Source of the DNA: Promethearchaeota archaeon
GTDB taxonomy: Archaea; Asgardarchaeota; Lokiarchaeia; Sigyniarchaeales; SOKP01
DNA length: 64,000 nt
Reading direction: 5' to 3'
Assembly: GCA_019058425.1 (NCBI GenBank)
Contig: JAHPYZ010000002.1
Span: 27,880-91,879, forward strand
Shown here piece after piece: positions 54,828-64,000 of this stretch. The translations under genes and the position numbers were made by a program. Numbering within the stretch: position 1 is the first letter of the stretch; each line of letters begins with the position of its first letter. The notes under the pieces are model-generated. The model ran no database searches, was not told the origin of the DNA, and saw only the letters and a program-made list of their open reading frames with translations.

Positions 54828-54980
54828 TTAATCCTTTTCATGGATTTCAGAAGGTTTTACGCCATCAAATAATTCAAGTTTCAAAAATTTAACTTCTTTT
54901 TCACATTGAGGGCAATAATAATACCCGGGTTCTTTATTTTCAAAATGAAAACCACATTCTTTACAAACAGCGTAAAACAT
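54828..54980 (-). CDS. Zinc-ribbon micro-protein (50 aa), copy 1 of 3
   Basis: MFYAVCKECGFHFENKEPGYYYCPQCEKEVKFLKLELFDGVKPSEIHEKD, with CxxC-x13-CxxC. Absent from the ORF track (under 60 aa). Support comes from conservation with the two neighbours. Confidence 0.55.
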   Translation of the reverse strand: MFYAVCKECGFHFENKEPGYYYCPQCEKEVKFLKLELFDGVKPSEIHEKD

Positions 54981-55005
54981 ATATAAAGAAAAAGAAATTT
55001 AGTAT

Positions 55006-55158
55006 TTAATTTATTTCATTGAGTTCATTAGGTTTAGCACCACAAAAGGCTTTCACTGTAATAAACTTCATTTCTTTCGAACAATTCGGACAATAATATT
55101 TTCCTTGTTCTATATCTTCGAAAGAGTATCCACAGTTCTTACATGCTATAGCATTCAT
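55006..55158 (-). CDS. Zinc-ribbon micro-protein (50 aa), copy 2 of 3
   Basis: MNAIACKNCGYSFEDIEQGKYYCPNCSKEMKFITVKAFCGAKPNELNEIN, with the same length and Cys spacing as copy 1. Confidence 0.55.
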   Translation of the reverse strand: MNAIACKNCGYSFEDIEQGKYYCPNCSKEMKFITVKAFCGAKPNELNEIN

Positions 55159-55374
55159 AATAATCATATCCTAAATAGAGCTTTAATAAGTTCTCATTAT
55201 GATTTAGAAAAGACGTGAAAAATAATTAATAAAAAGATAAGTTTTAACTAAAGCAATGTATAAAATAAAGAAAAACTGATGAATCCCTTTACCATTGCGG
55301 GTTGTCATCCTACAACAATAATTTATTTGAAGGAGTCATTCTTAACAAGGTTCATCTTTTTTTGATATTGCTTA

Positions 55375-55485
55375 TCACTTAAAGCTTAAGACCATAAAAT
55401 ATGTTGGTTTTCCACAAGTCGAACAATAATAATAACCGTCTTTATTTTCATTTCTTTTGTATCCACAATTCAAACAGAAAATCAT
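55375..55485 (-). CDS. Zinc-ribbon micro-protein (36 aa), copy 3 of 3
   Basis: MIFCLNCGYKRNENKDGYYYCSTCGKPTYFMVLSFK. It has the same CxxCG(Y/F)...YYC.xC core and a shorter tail. Confidence 0.45.
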   Translation of the reverse strand: MIFCLNCGYKRNENKDGYYYCSTCGKPTYFMVLSFK

Positions 55486-55644
55486 TCTGCATCATATGGT
55501 TAATGAGGAACAGGTTTTAAAATATTTGAGTTATAAGATAAAAGTGGATTTTAAGAATTATAAATAAATAAGAAGTCTTATATAATTATACATACGGATT
55601 TAGAATAATTTCGTTAATTTTGAAAGCCTAATAAGGGAGTACAC

Positions 55645-56682
55645 ATGAAAGTTGTTGAAGTAGCTGGCACTAAATTTGAGGTTAAAAAAGGATTTCTTGA
55701 TTTAAGTCTTTTAGAAATAAAAAATATTAATGAAATACAAGGATTGTCAAAAATAAAAGATTTAAAGAATCTTGAATTAAGCTCAAATGATATTGGAACA
55801 GTAGAAGGGTTAGATGATTTAGCTGAGTTGGAGATTTTAAATTTGGGTAATAATAATATAATTGACATACAAGGATTAGACAATTTACAAAATCTTAAGA
55901 TTCTACATCTTATAAGCAATCGAATATCTGAAATTAAAGGATTAGAGAATTTAACAAATTTGGAGGAACTGTATCTAAGGGGAAATCAGATATCTGAGTT
56001 AAAAGGGTTAAAAGAATTAACTTCACTAATAAGATTAGATCTTTCTTGGAATGAGATTTCAGAAATAAAGGGGTTTGAAACACTAAGAAATCTCGAAGTG
56101 CTATGGATTGCGGGAAATAAGTTAGAAGAAATCAAAAATTTAGATAAATTAGAGAACTTAGAAGTATTAAATCTTGCAGGAAATCAGATTAAAAATATTG
56201 GAGGTTTAGAGAATTTAAAAAGTCTAAAAAGTCTCTATTTAAATAATAATTTAATTCAAGAAATTCATGGTTTGGATACTCAGGAAAGCTTGGAAACGTT
56301 ATGGCTCAATACCAATCACATTTCAAATATAAGAGGATTAGATAATTGCAAAAGTTTAAAAATTCTAAACCTAAAGCAAAACAACATATCTCAGATAAGA
56401 GGATTATATTCCTTAAATGAATTAGAAACACTTTTTCTTTCAGAGAATAGTATTGGTGAAATTAAAGGTCTAGAGGCATTAACTAAATTAGAAACGCTTG
56501 ATTTAGGTCAAAATCGTATAATTCAGATAAAAGGATTAGAATCTTTAATGAATTTAAAGGATTTATGGCTAGCAGATAATGTCATCCCTCAGAAAATATT
56601 GGAGGAATTAGGAGGTTTAGACTCAGGTGGATGTGCACACGATCCTTTAAAATTTGTCCAATATAGTCTTATTAATTTATAA
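55645..56682 (+). CDS. Leucine-rich repeat protein (about 14 tandem 22-residue SDS22-like LRRs)
   Basis: 345 aa with the repeating unit NLxxLxLxxNxIxxIxGLExLxxL at 66-nt DNA periodicity from about 55730 to 56590. No signal peptide or TM helix is visible. Confidence 0.85.
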   Translation: MKVVEVAGTKFEVKKGFLDLSLLEIKNINEIQGLSKIKDLKNLELSSNDIGTVEGLDDLAELEILNLGNNNIIDIQGLDNLQNLKILHLISNRISEIKGLENLTNLEELYLRGNQISELKGLKELTSLIRLDLSWNEISEIKGFETLRNLEVLWIAGNKLEEIKNLDKLENLEVLNLAGNQIKNIGGLENLKSLKSLYLNNNLIQEIHGLDTQESLETLWLNTNHISNIRGLDNCKSLKILNLKQNNISQIRGLYSLNELETLFLSENSIGEIKGLEALTKLETLDLGQNRIIQIKGLESLMNLKDLWLADNVIPQKILEELGGLDSGGCAHDPLKFVQYSLINL

Positions 56683-56781
56683 ATTCGTTAGAAATTTTTT
56701 AAATATTAAAGAGTAATAATACTGATCATATATCATAATCAAGTTAAATTTAAAATTCACAAATTTAAATGGTAAAAATTT

Positions 56782-58032
56782 ATGGTAATAAGTGCATTTG
56801 ACGTAGTAAAAAAGCAAATTGATATTGTTGCTAAAGAAATGGGATTAGATCCAAATATAGCTAAATATCTTAAAAGAGTAGAACGTTCTTTAATTGTGAC
56901 TATTCCTATTAGAATGGATAATGGCGATCTTGAGATTTTTGAAGGATATAGAGTACATCATAGTACAGTAAGAGGTCCTGGTAAGGGTGGTTTACGATTT
57001 TCACCTGAAGTTAATTTAGATGAGGTTAAAGCGTTAGCTACATGGATGACCTGGAAATGTAGTCTTTTGAATCTCCCATTAGGAGGAGCAAAAGGTGGAA
57101 TATGTGTCGATCCAAGAAAGTTAACGCGAAGTGAATTAGAACGACTTACTCGAAGATTTACTTCGGAAATAATTAATATGATTGGTCCGGATATTGATAT
57201 ACCTGCTCCTGATGTCAATACTAACGCTCAAATAATGGCTTGGATAATGGACACTTATTCGATGAATAAAGGAAGATCTATACCAGGAGTAGTAACAGGA
57301 AAACCAATAGAGATAGGGGGGTCTATCGGACGAGAACAAGCTACAGGAATGGGATTATATATTATATTTGAAGCAATGTGTGAAAAATTGGGATTAGATT
57401 TAAAAGCTCAAAAGATTGTTATTCAAGGTTTTGGGAATGTAGGAGGTACCATTGCTCAAATATTATTTGAACAAGGCTGTAAAATATTGGCGGTGTCAGA
57501 TATTTCTGGAGGGATTTATTATTCAGAAGGCTTAGACATTGACAAATTGTTAGATTGGACTCATGAAGGTAATTATTTAAAGGATTATAAGGATGATCGT
57601 TATAAATTGATTAAAAACGAAGATTTGCTTACAATTGAATGTGATTGCTTAGTTCCTGCTGCTTTAGAAAATCAAATAACAATAAATAATGCCCGCGCAA
57701 TAAAGTGTAAAATTGTATTAGAAGGTGCAAATGGTCCTGTTACCCCTGAAGCAGATAGAATTTTATTTGAAAAGGGAATTCATGTGCTTCCTGATATTCT
57801 TGCAAATGGAGGGGGAGTCTGTGTATCATATTTCGAATATGTTCAAGATATTCGTGCCTACTTTTGGAGCTTAGATAGAATTAATAAAGAACTGAAAAGA
57901 ATAATGCTTGAAGCATTCGAAGAAGTGTATCGAATTGCAAAAGAAAGAAATATCGCACTTCGTACCGCAGCATATATAATTGCAGTTTCTAGGATTGCGC
58001 GAGCAATAGAATTAAGAGGATTTTTCCCATAA
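56782..58032 (+). CDS. gdhA: Glutamate dehydrogenase
   Basis: 416 aa with GPGKGGLRF, PLGGAKGG and GFGNVG Rossmann motifs. Confidence 0.9.
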   Translation: MVISAFDVVKKQIDIVAKEMGLDPNIAKYLKRVERSLIVTIPIRMDNGDLEIFEGYRVHHSTVRGPGKGGLRFSPEVNLDEVKALATWMTWKCSLLNLPLGGAKGGICVDPRKLTRSELERLTRRFTSEIINMIGPDIDIPAPDVNTNAQIMAWIMDTYSMNKGRSIPGVVTGKPIEIGGSIGREQATGMGLYIIFEAMCEKLGLDLKAQKIVIQGFGNVGGTIAQILFEQGCKILAVSDISGGIYYSEGLDIDKLLDWTHEGNYLKDYKDDRYKLIKNEDLLTIECDCLVPAALENQITINNARAIKCKIVLEGANGPVTPEADRILFEKGIHVLPDILANGGGVCVSYFEYVQDIRAYFWSLDRINKELKRIMLEAFEEVYRIAKERNIALRTAAYIIAVSRIARAIELRGFFP

Positions 58033-58074
58033 AATTTAAATTATTATTATTTTAACTAATTTGAGGATCTTATT

Positions 58075-58368
58075 ATGAGAAATAGAATAATATTAATTTT
58101 ATTTATTTCAATCATTGAAGGACTTCTAATTACATATATTACAGGATTCTTTATCTATCCTATGAATGGATTAATAGGTAGTGAGAGATGGGGCTTTCCA
58201 TTTTATTGGATAACTCAGGCCATTGTACCAGGGGCTGAAAAAGTTATTAATTGGACTAATTTTATTATAAATACTATGTTCTGGGGATCTATAGTCTTCA
58301 TAGTTAATTATCTTATAGTATACTTATTATTCAAATATAAGAATAGAAAAGATAATAAAAAAAGTTAA
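58075..58368 (+). CDS. Small membrane protein, unknown function
   Basis: 97 aa with 2-3 hydrophobic helices and a basic C-terminus. Confidence 0.35.
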   Translation: MRNRIILILFISIIEGLLITYITGFFIYPMNGLIGSERWGFPFYWITQAIVPGAEKVINWTNFIINTMFWGSIVFIVNYLIVYLLFKYKNRKDNKKS

Positions 58369-58415
58369 AGTTAATGTTTAAGATCAATCTCTATATACTG
58401 AAGGATTTACTTTCC

Positions 58416-58838
58416 TTAAAGTTCCTTTAATACATCCCCGACCATTCCATTAATTTCTCCATATGCTATTGCATCTTGGAGATTACCTTCAATTTGCAGA
58501 TCCCCCGCCATATAAGCACTAGTAGCTTCTAATTCCCCAGATCCTAAAGCACCCCAGGTAGCACCAGTTGCTATCATGGTTACAGAGGGATCTTCTGCTT
58601 CTCCTTCTGCATATTCAACTTGACCTTCCCCAAATTTCACCCAATACTTGTAACCAACATCAGACCATTCAAATTGAACAACTGTGAGGTCCATATCTTC
58701 TACTTCTTCTTTAATATCTTCATTTTCAGCAGCGAGTTGTTTAAAAGCTTCACACAATAAAAGAGCATCGGATGGTTTTCTTTCTCCTTTTCCATCTCTC
58801 ATCTCTGCCAATTTTTTTAATAAGTCTTCACTAACCAT
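58416..58838 (-). CDS. SCP2 (sterol carrier protein 2-like) lipid-binding domain protein
   Basis: 140 aa. TWGALGSGELEATSAYMAGDLQIEGNLQDAIAYGEI matches the SCP2 C-terminal pattern (G.l....a.m.G.L.i.G). Confidence 0.6.
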   Translation of the reverse strand: MVSEDLLKKLAEMRDGKGERKPSDALLLCEAFKQLAAENEDIKEEVEDMDLTVVQFEWSDVGYKYWVKFGEGQVEYAEGEAEDPSVTMIATGATWGALGSGELEATSAYMAGDLQIEGNLQDAIAYGEINGMVGDVLKEL

Positions 58839-59056
58839 ATTTTATACCACTTTTTTTTATATTTTAACTTCTATCTTTAATTAAAAGATAATTAAATATA
58901 TCATGTATATTTTAAAAGGTTTTTAATTGATTTACAATAATGTAATTCCAGAGTAAAATAAGATAGATTGATTCTAATAAGAAATTGAATGTTTCTTAAA
59001 AAATTTTTATTAAATATTAGAGAAAATTAAAAAAAAAAAAATTAAAGATTATAGAT

Positions 59057-60142
59057 TTATAAACTTTGACCGATCACTTCTATACTCCCTGTTGATGTAG
59101 AAATACCTAATGTGTACTTATTAATTGCAGTAGAATAATCCGTAGAAGATATAACTCCCCCAGCTTTACTCATGCCTCCTAAACCTAGTGGATTATATGA
59201 GATGGAGCCTGTACCTACAGAACATGTAAATTGTGCACCAATATTGCTTAATGAATCATCGTATATTATATCTATACTTCCAGTAGAAGATCCTATGGAT
59301 CCGGTGATGCTAGCATTCATTTCAATATATTGTCGAATTTCAATATCAACACTCCCAGTACTTGTATGTACATTCCAAACAGAATCTTTTATATATCTCA
59401 TATTATAGCTGTTAAGAGTTACTGAGCCTGTGGAAACAAATCCGATTAGATTATCACCCATTACACATTGCGAAAAGTTTAAAATAAGAGAGCCTGTTGA
59501 TGAACTTGTACTTAATCCACGAGAAAAATTTGTTTGTTTAGCATATAGACTAACTTTTCCTGTACTAGTACTCATTCCTAGTAATCCTTGAAATGTTGTA
59601 TTTTTTGCTGAATTTAAGACAACAGATCCAGTAGCCGTACTTAAAGAAGTATTGTTAATAACTATGTTATCTGGAACATTCATATCTATAGCCCCTGTGC
59701 TACAATATGCATTTATATCATAAACTACATCAGTTCTAAGAGTTATATCAATGATTATTCTATGTGAGAGCCCAAAAATAAATACTGGATTAGTCTTTGC
59801 ATCAAGTTTAAAAGTTATAGGACTACTGACATTTGACCATTCAATAGGGTGAAAGAAATCAGAGAAAGATGTTTCAGCAACAAAACCTCCTACAACTCTA
59901 ATATCTAAATCTATATGAGCAATATGATTAGTCGGTGTCGTATTATATTTAATATTTACTTGTCCGATGTCACTAATGACATTTAATTTCTCAATTGGTG
60001 AAGAAATATCTGGATTATATTGATAAGAATCAGTAAATTCATATTCTCCCCATGTAGTTGCTATTACAATTCCAAATGCTGTTCCACCAAATACAATGCA
60101 GGCAGCGATAACCATTAAAACTATACTTGTTTTTCTTTTCAC
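59057..60142 (-). CDS. N-terminally anchored beta-helix repeat protein (DUF4097/putative-adhesin-like), STGS-repeat version
   Basis: 361 aa with one N-terminal TM helix followed by about 10 repeats, each containing (S/A)TGS(V/I/L).(L/I). Confidence 0.5.
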   Translation of the reverse strand: MKRKTSIVLMVIAACIVFGGTAFGIVIATTWGEYEFTDSYQYNPDISSPIEKLNVISDIGQVNIKYNTTPTNHIAHIDLDIRVVGGFVAETSFSDFFHPIEWSNVSSPITFKLDAKTNPVFIFGLSHRIIIDITLRTDVVYDINAYCSTGAIDMNVPDNIVINNTSLSTATGSVVLNSAKNTTFQGLLGMSTSTGKVSLYAKQTNFSRGLSTSSSTGSLILNFSQCVMGDNLIGFVSTGSVTLNSYNMRYIKDSVWNVHTSTGSVDIEIRQYIEMNASITGSIGSSTGSIDIIYDDSLSNIGAQFTCSVGTGSISYNPLGLGGMSKAGGVISSTDYSTAINKYTLGISTSTGSIEVIGQSL

Positions 60143-60297
60143 TTAGATCACTCTTTTAAAATACTTATAACTTATGAAAGAGCAATAATTATATGTATTT
60201 AAATAAACTTTAGACTAATTTTTGATTTTTTTATAAAAATCTATAAAAAGAGAAAACTATAGAAAAAAAATTGATTTGATTATATAAATTAAATTAG

Positions 60298-61386
60298 CTA
60301 GAAGCTTTGACCATTAATATTGATATTACCTGTAGTAGATGTAAGATCAAGATTGAAAGTATAATTAGCAGTTGAATAATCACTAGTTCTAAAGTTATCA
60401 AATGTAGGAGTATCAAATCCGCCTGAACTTACTGGATTAAAGCTACCAGTAGAAGTAGATGCTGTAAATGTAGCACCTACTGTAGAGAGCCCATCAATAT
60501 AGTCTAGATTGATATTTCCCGTAGTTACAACCCAAATACCATCAACATTTCCACCCATATCTACATATTGGATGATATTGCTATTCAAATTGCCCGTAGT
60601 AGTTGTCAAATCCCAACTAACAACACTACTACATCTTGCATTATATGAATTAAATGTAAGCCATCCTGTTGTTACTTCTGCGGTAATATCACCGTTAAGA
60701 AAACAATTAGAAAAATTCAATCTAAGATTTCCCGTAGTTGCTTCTGCAGTTATAGATGTAAAGTTCGATTTCTTACCATATATAGATAATCCCCCTGTAG
60801 TTGCATCTGCTAGAATGCTTCCTATTGATGCCTCTTCTAATGTAGTAATTGAATTTCCAGTGGTTGTCTCAAGTGTTAGATCCTCAATGTTTACACCAGT
60901 TGGAATGTCATTTACTATATTACCTGTAGTAGCATATTCTTCAATTTGATATATTATATCCGTTCTAAGAGTTACGTTAATTGTGATTCTTTTTATCGAG
61001 AACCAATTTGATGGATCTAAATTAACTCCAGGTTTGATACTTAAAAGGAAACTCGTTTTCTCAGTTGGTTGTGAGGTTATATTATCCCATTCTATAAGAA
61101 AAAAGCTTGAAATAGACTTTCCAATCATATAGGTACCACTCATACTAATGTCATAATCAACCTTCATTACATATTGTGTGGCAGATGTATTATATCTAAC
61201 ATTAATATTTCCAATATCGGTACGTATAAGAATTGGTTCTGGAGACCTAGCTATCAATGGAGCATAGGTATGAGATCCAGATGATTGAATGGTACCATAA
61301 GTCAAAAATCCCACTAAGAAAAAAATTCCAGTACCAGCTGCAACTGCTATGGTTAAAATAAGACCTATAAGTCTAAATCTTCTCAT
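60298..61386 (-). CDS. N-terminally anchored beta-helix repeat protein (DUF4097-like), TTGN-repeat version; paralog of 59057-60142
   Basis: 362 aa with the same architecture and length. The repeat core is (T/A)TTGN(L/I/S). Confidence 0.5.
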   Translation of the reverse strand: MRRFRLIGLILTIAVAAGTGIFFLVGFLTYGTIQSSGSHTYAPLIARSPEPILIRTDIGNINVRYNTSATQYVMKVDYDISMSGTYMIGKSISSFFLIEWDNITSQPTEKTSFLLSIKPGVNLDPSNWFSIKRITINVTLRTDIIYQIEEYATTGNIVNDIPTGVNIEDLTLETTTGNSITTLEEASIGSILADATTGGLSIYGKKSNFTSITAEATTGNLRLNFSNCFLNGDITAEVTTGWLTFNSYNARCSSVVSWDLTTTTGNLNSNIIQYVDMGGNVDGIWVVTTGNINLDYIDGLSTVGATFTASTSTGSFNPVSSGGFDTPTFDNFRTSDYSTANYTFNLDLTSTTGNININGQSF

Positions 61387-61510
61387 TTATTTAAATACTC
61401 TCATTCTAATTAGATTTCATTAATTGACTTAATGTGTCTTTACAAATAAAAATTCATCTATTTTCCTTTAAGAATATAAAAAAAATTAGAGTTTTAAAAA
61501 TTTCAATCAT

Positions 61511-62041
61511 TTATAGCTTATCTATAACAGATTGCGTAAACTTCTTCGCATTTTCGAGATCTTCTTCATTTGGATGTCCTTTTACATATTTTAGATATGT
61601 TTCTTCTGCTTCCTTCCTTTCTTCAAGTGAAAGTCTAGAATACATTGCCTCTCGCTGCTCTTGTGCTTTAGGGACTAAATTTTCTCCACAACAATCAAAT
61701 TCGCCTAATACATCACAATTCTGTTTAAGAATTATATTATTTACAGAGTTGAACGCTTTCGGCCATGGAGTTGAGCTTTCATGTGTGTAAAAATAGGCAA
61801 ATTTTGATGGAAGTTGTGTAGCTTTTTTTACCAAGCTAGTAATCTTTCTGCTTACATTAAAACCATAAGTACCTGATCCTAAAAAAGCCAGATCATAAGA
61901 TGAAAGTGTATTTGGATCTACTTCTTTTACCGGGAAAAGATCAACCTCATGTTCTTCTAATGCATCTTTAATTGCTTTTGCAACTTTTTCTGTATTGCCA
62001 GTTCCAGTATAATAAGTAACTAGAATTTTCAAATAAAACAC
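61511..62041 (-). CDS. Flavodoxin-like protein
   Basis: KILVTYYTGTGNTEKVAKAIKDAL is the flavodoxin FMN phosphate-loop pattern. The start is GTG 62041 or TTG 62032 (GGTG upstream). Confidence 0.7.
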   Translation of the reverse strand: MFYLKILVTYYTGTGNTEKVAKAIKDALEEHEVDLFPVKEVDPNTLSSYDLAFLGSGTYGFNVSRKITSLVKKATQLPSKFAYFYTHESSTPWPKAFNSVNNIILKQNCDVLGEFDCCGENLVPKAQEQREAMYSRLSLEERKEAEETYLKYVKGHPNEEDLENAKKFTQSVIDKL

Positions 62042-62101
62042 CCATATTGATAATTTTGTATTAATGAATGAAATTTCATAAAAGAATATTATTCAAAAAA
62101 T

Positions 62102-63010
62102 TTAAATAGTGATTTCAAGATTAAAAAATTGTATAGCATTCTCTACAGTTTTTTCGCTAACAATTTTTTGAGAAATTTGATGGCTGTGAGCAATAGCAGC
62201 TATTGAATATCTCACATTTGAAGGTACATTTATTGGTCCTCTCTTATAGGGATGCTGATAATAAGAATCAGTCTCAGTTAATAATGATTCTAACGGCGAA
62301 AATTTGGAAACTTTTCGCCATCTACTGAAACCATAAGCAGAACTCGGAACAGAAAGCTTAAATCCTTGATTTGGTAATAATCTTCCATATTCTTCTGGTC
62401 CTGAGAAGCAGTGCCATAAAACACGATGAGGATCTATTTTAAATTCGCTTATTATGTTGAGAATTTCTTTATTTACTCCATCTCTTTTATTGAATCTATG
62501 TTTTGGATTTTGCCTATCGATTTCATGCTCTGCTGCATTACGAACATGTAAAACATATGGTTTATTTAGATCCTTTGTCAATTCAAATATATGTTTTAAA
62601 ACCTCAATTTGAGTATTTCTTTTATCTAAAGTTTTGGCATGATGAAAGTCTAATCCAATCTCTCCAATTCCGAGATATTTATTCGGATTATTTTGAATAA
62701 AATCAATCCATTTTTTCCATTCTAATTCATATTTATGTTTTGGCGTATATGTTACTGTTTGTGGAGCCCACCCACACGTAAAACCAAAATTTTTGTCAAA
62801 CTTTTTCATAAAATCTAACGTTATATTTAATGTTTTCATATCTATAGTGCTGGTGATTAAATACACTCCTCCTATTTTAAAAAAATTTAAATATTGTTCT
62901 TTATCTGTTGGTAATTGATCGTTCTTAGGGCGATAAAATGGTAAATGGCAATGAACATCTATAAATTTTAATCCTCCTTCAGGTTCTGGAATGGAAATTC
63001 TGTTGGGCAT
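62102..63010 (-). CDS. tatD: TatD-family metal-dependent hydrolase
   Basis: 302 aa with IDVHCHL, GEIGLDFHH and later His/Asp ligand motifs (HVRNA..., HCFSG, TETDSYY). Confidence 0.75.
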   Translation of the reverse strand: MPNRISIPEPEGGLKFIDVHCHLPFYRPKNDQLPTDKEQYLNFFKIGGVYLITSTIDMKTLNITLDFMKKFDKNFGFTCGWAPQTVTYTPKHKYELEWKKWIDFIQNNPNKYLGIGEIGLDFHHAKTLDKRNTQIEVLKHIFELTKDLNKPYVLHVRNAAEHEIDRQNPKHRFNKRDGVNKEILNIISEFKIDPHRVLWHCFSGPEEYGRLLPNQGFKLSVPSSAYGFSRWRKVSKFSPLESLLTETDSYYQHPYKRGPINVPSNVRYSIAAIAHSHQISQKIVSEKTVENAIQFFNLEITI

Positions 63011-63115
63011 TATAAGGTTAAGAAAGATTAATATATCCTATTTTTTGATTAAGTTAAATTTTTAAATAAATTGTAGTATTAAGATTTTATCAAATCAATA
63101 AATTTTGAACTTAAA

Positions 63116-64000
63116 ATGACGTTGGATACAGAAAAAAAAGGGAATCGCAAATTTTTAAGCACTGTTATTGGTTTCGCAGTTTCACTTACAATTTTCTTTG
63201 TAATTTATATATTATCAATATTGCAGAAAAACTGGGCTATGGGAGATTTAATTCCGCATGAATATATTATAGATTTCGTAGCAATCTTACCAGGACCATT
63301 ATGGACAGATACCATTTTACTATATTTATTTCCTTTAACAATCTATGGTTTATTTCATTTAATAGCTCCATACATAACGATATTTTTCCTAAGATTGCAT
63401 CAAATGATTTATAGATCAAAAAAAAGATTTCATTACGGTATAATAAAATTAGGAACTCGAGTAAAACCTTTTATGCTATTTCGTAGATCTGTTATTGTAA
63501 GTCTCTTTGCATTTAGTATTAGCGCCCTTATTGTGCAAGCAGGGTTTGGTTCATTATTCAGATTGGGGATAATGGAAGGATCAGCGTTAAATGAAGCAGA
63601 AGCAATATTTTTGGGAACATTCCTCATTATATCTATTGTTCTATTACTTTTTTTACCATTATGGCTATTGGAAGATTCTGGTATTGTAATTTGTAAATTA
63701 TATTCAGATAGACGTAGACCCCCTCTTATCGAAGGAACTCATGCTCCTTTTGTTAACATTCTCCAAGGATATGCCGGAATTTCAACAATAATAATTCTTG
63801 TAACATATATAGTTCAAACACTTGGCGAATCTGTTGGTCCATCAATACTAACTCCAATAATCTTGATAGTACTTCCATTTTTCGTAACTGGACTTATATC
63901 ATTTGCAGTTTATGTATATGAGAAAAATGTTCCTAAACTTATTGAAAAAATTCAACCACGTTTAGACAGATTAAATATATCTGAGATAGAAATCCCCACA
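63116..64000 (+). CDS. Multi-pass membrane protein, unknown function (3' end outside window)
   Basis: ATG 63116, then 295 codons with no stop up to the window edge (MTLDTEKKGNRKFLSTVIGFAVSLTIFF...). Several TM helices. Not in the track because it is open-ended. Confidence 0.45.
   Translation, partial: MTLDTEKKGNRKFLSTVIGFAVSLTIFFVIYILSILQKNWAMGDLIPHEYIIDFVAILPGPLWTDTILLYLFPLTIYGLFHLIAPYITIFFLRLHQMIYRSKKRFHYGIIKLGTRVKPFMLFRRSVIVSLFAFSISALIVQAGFGSLFRLGIMEGSALNEAEAIFLGTFLIISIVLLLFLPLWLLEDSGIVICKLYSDRRRPPLIEGTHAPFVNILQGYAGISTIIILVTYIVQTLGESVGPSILTPIILIVLPFFVTGLISFAVYVYEKNVPKLIEKIQPRLDRLNISEIEIPT

Noticed and set aside
55276-55340. CTGATGA (C-box-like) sequence in the spacer between zinc-ribbon genes, considered as a C/D-box sRNA
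   Set aside because: No CUGA D or D' box sits at the required spacing and there is no terminal stem. A second UGAUGA at 30490-30495 likewise lacks a D box.
55730-56590. 66-nt periodic DNA repeats, considered as a CRISPR-like or satellite array
   Set aside because: The periodicity lies entirely within one long ORF and corresponds to 22-residue LRR units. The repeats are degenerate at the DNA level and there is no repeat-spacer structure.
60509-60949. 146-aa plus-strand ORF with repeated PVV(V/T/A)S motif
   Set aside because: It is the antisense reading of the TTGN repeats of the 60298-61386 gene. Its periodicity is inherited from the sense-strand repeats.
61434-61790. 118-aa plus-strand ORF overlapping the flavodoxin gene
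   Set aside because: It has no motif and is antisense to a gene with a clear flavodoxin signature.

Overview
AT-rich (about 30% G+C by eye), densely coding archaeal chromosomal segment. I found no rRNA, tRNA, CRISPR array, transposase or integrase. Housekeeping and energy genes are clear: 2-oxoacid:ferredoxin oxidoreductase, a formylmethanofuran dehydrogenase cluster (ferredoxin, polyferredoxin, fwdD, fwdB, fwdC) with fdhD nearby, hdrB, class II ribonucleotide reductase, acyl-CoA synthetase, glutamate dehydrogenase, two stand-alone AlaX editing proteins, a radical-SAM methylthiotransferase, CorA, tandem MscS channels and TatD. Mixed in are eukaryote-flavoured or accessory genes: two vWA-like plus C4HC3 cross-brace zinc-finger paralogs next to a membrane TIR-like protein, an SDS22-type LRR protein, DUF1295/steroid-reductase-like and SCP2 proteins, and a heliorhodopsin. 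This content, together with TGA-interrupted redoxin genes, suggests an Asgard (Loki-like) archaeon; that is inference only. Main hunt results: (1) three loci (38.0-40.7 kb, 48.8-50.6 kb, 51.1-53.9 kb) encode repeated modules of a TM hairpin plus a hexapeptide beta-helix. Their 3-module architecture mirrors the polymerising C-terminal half of epsilon-poly-lysine synthetase (Pls/PosA), but they lack A/T domains. A C-N hydrolase is coupled to one locus and a divergent adenylate-forming-like enzyme lies nearby. (2) Two tandem thioredoxin-fold redoxin genes each carry an in-frame TGA exactly at the catalytic Cys position (probable selenoproteins; one also has a homopolymer frameshift), and they sit next to the heliorhodopsin and UvdE. 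(3) Several unannotated micro-ORFs (three zinc-ribbon mini-proteins, one hyper-acidic peptide) and a P-type ATPase relic. Tandem or nearby paralog pairs are unusually frequent across the window.
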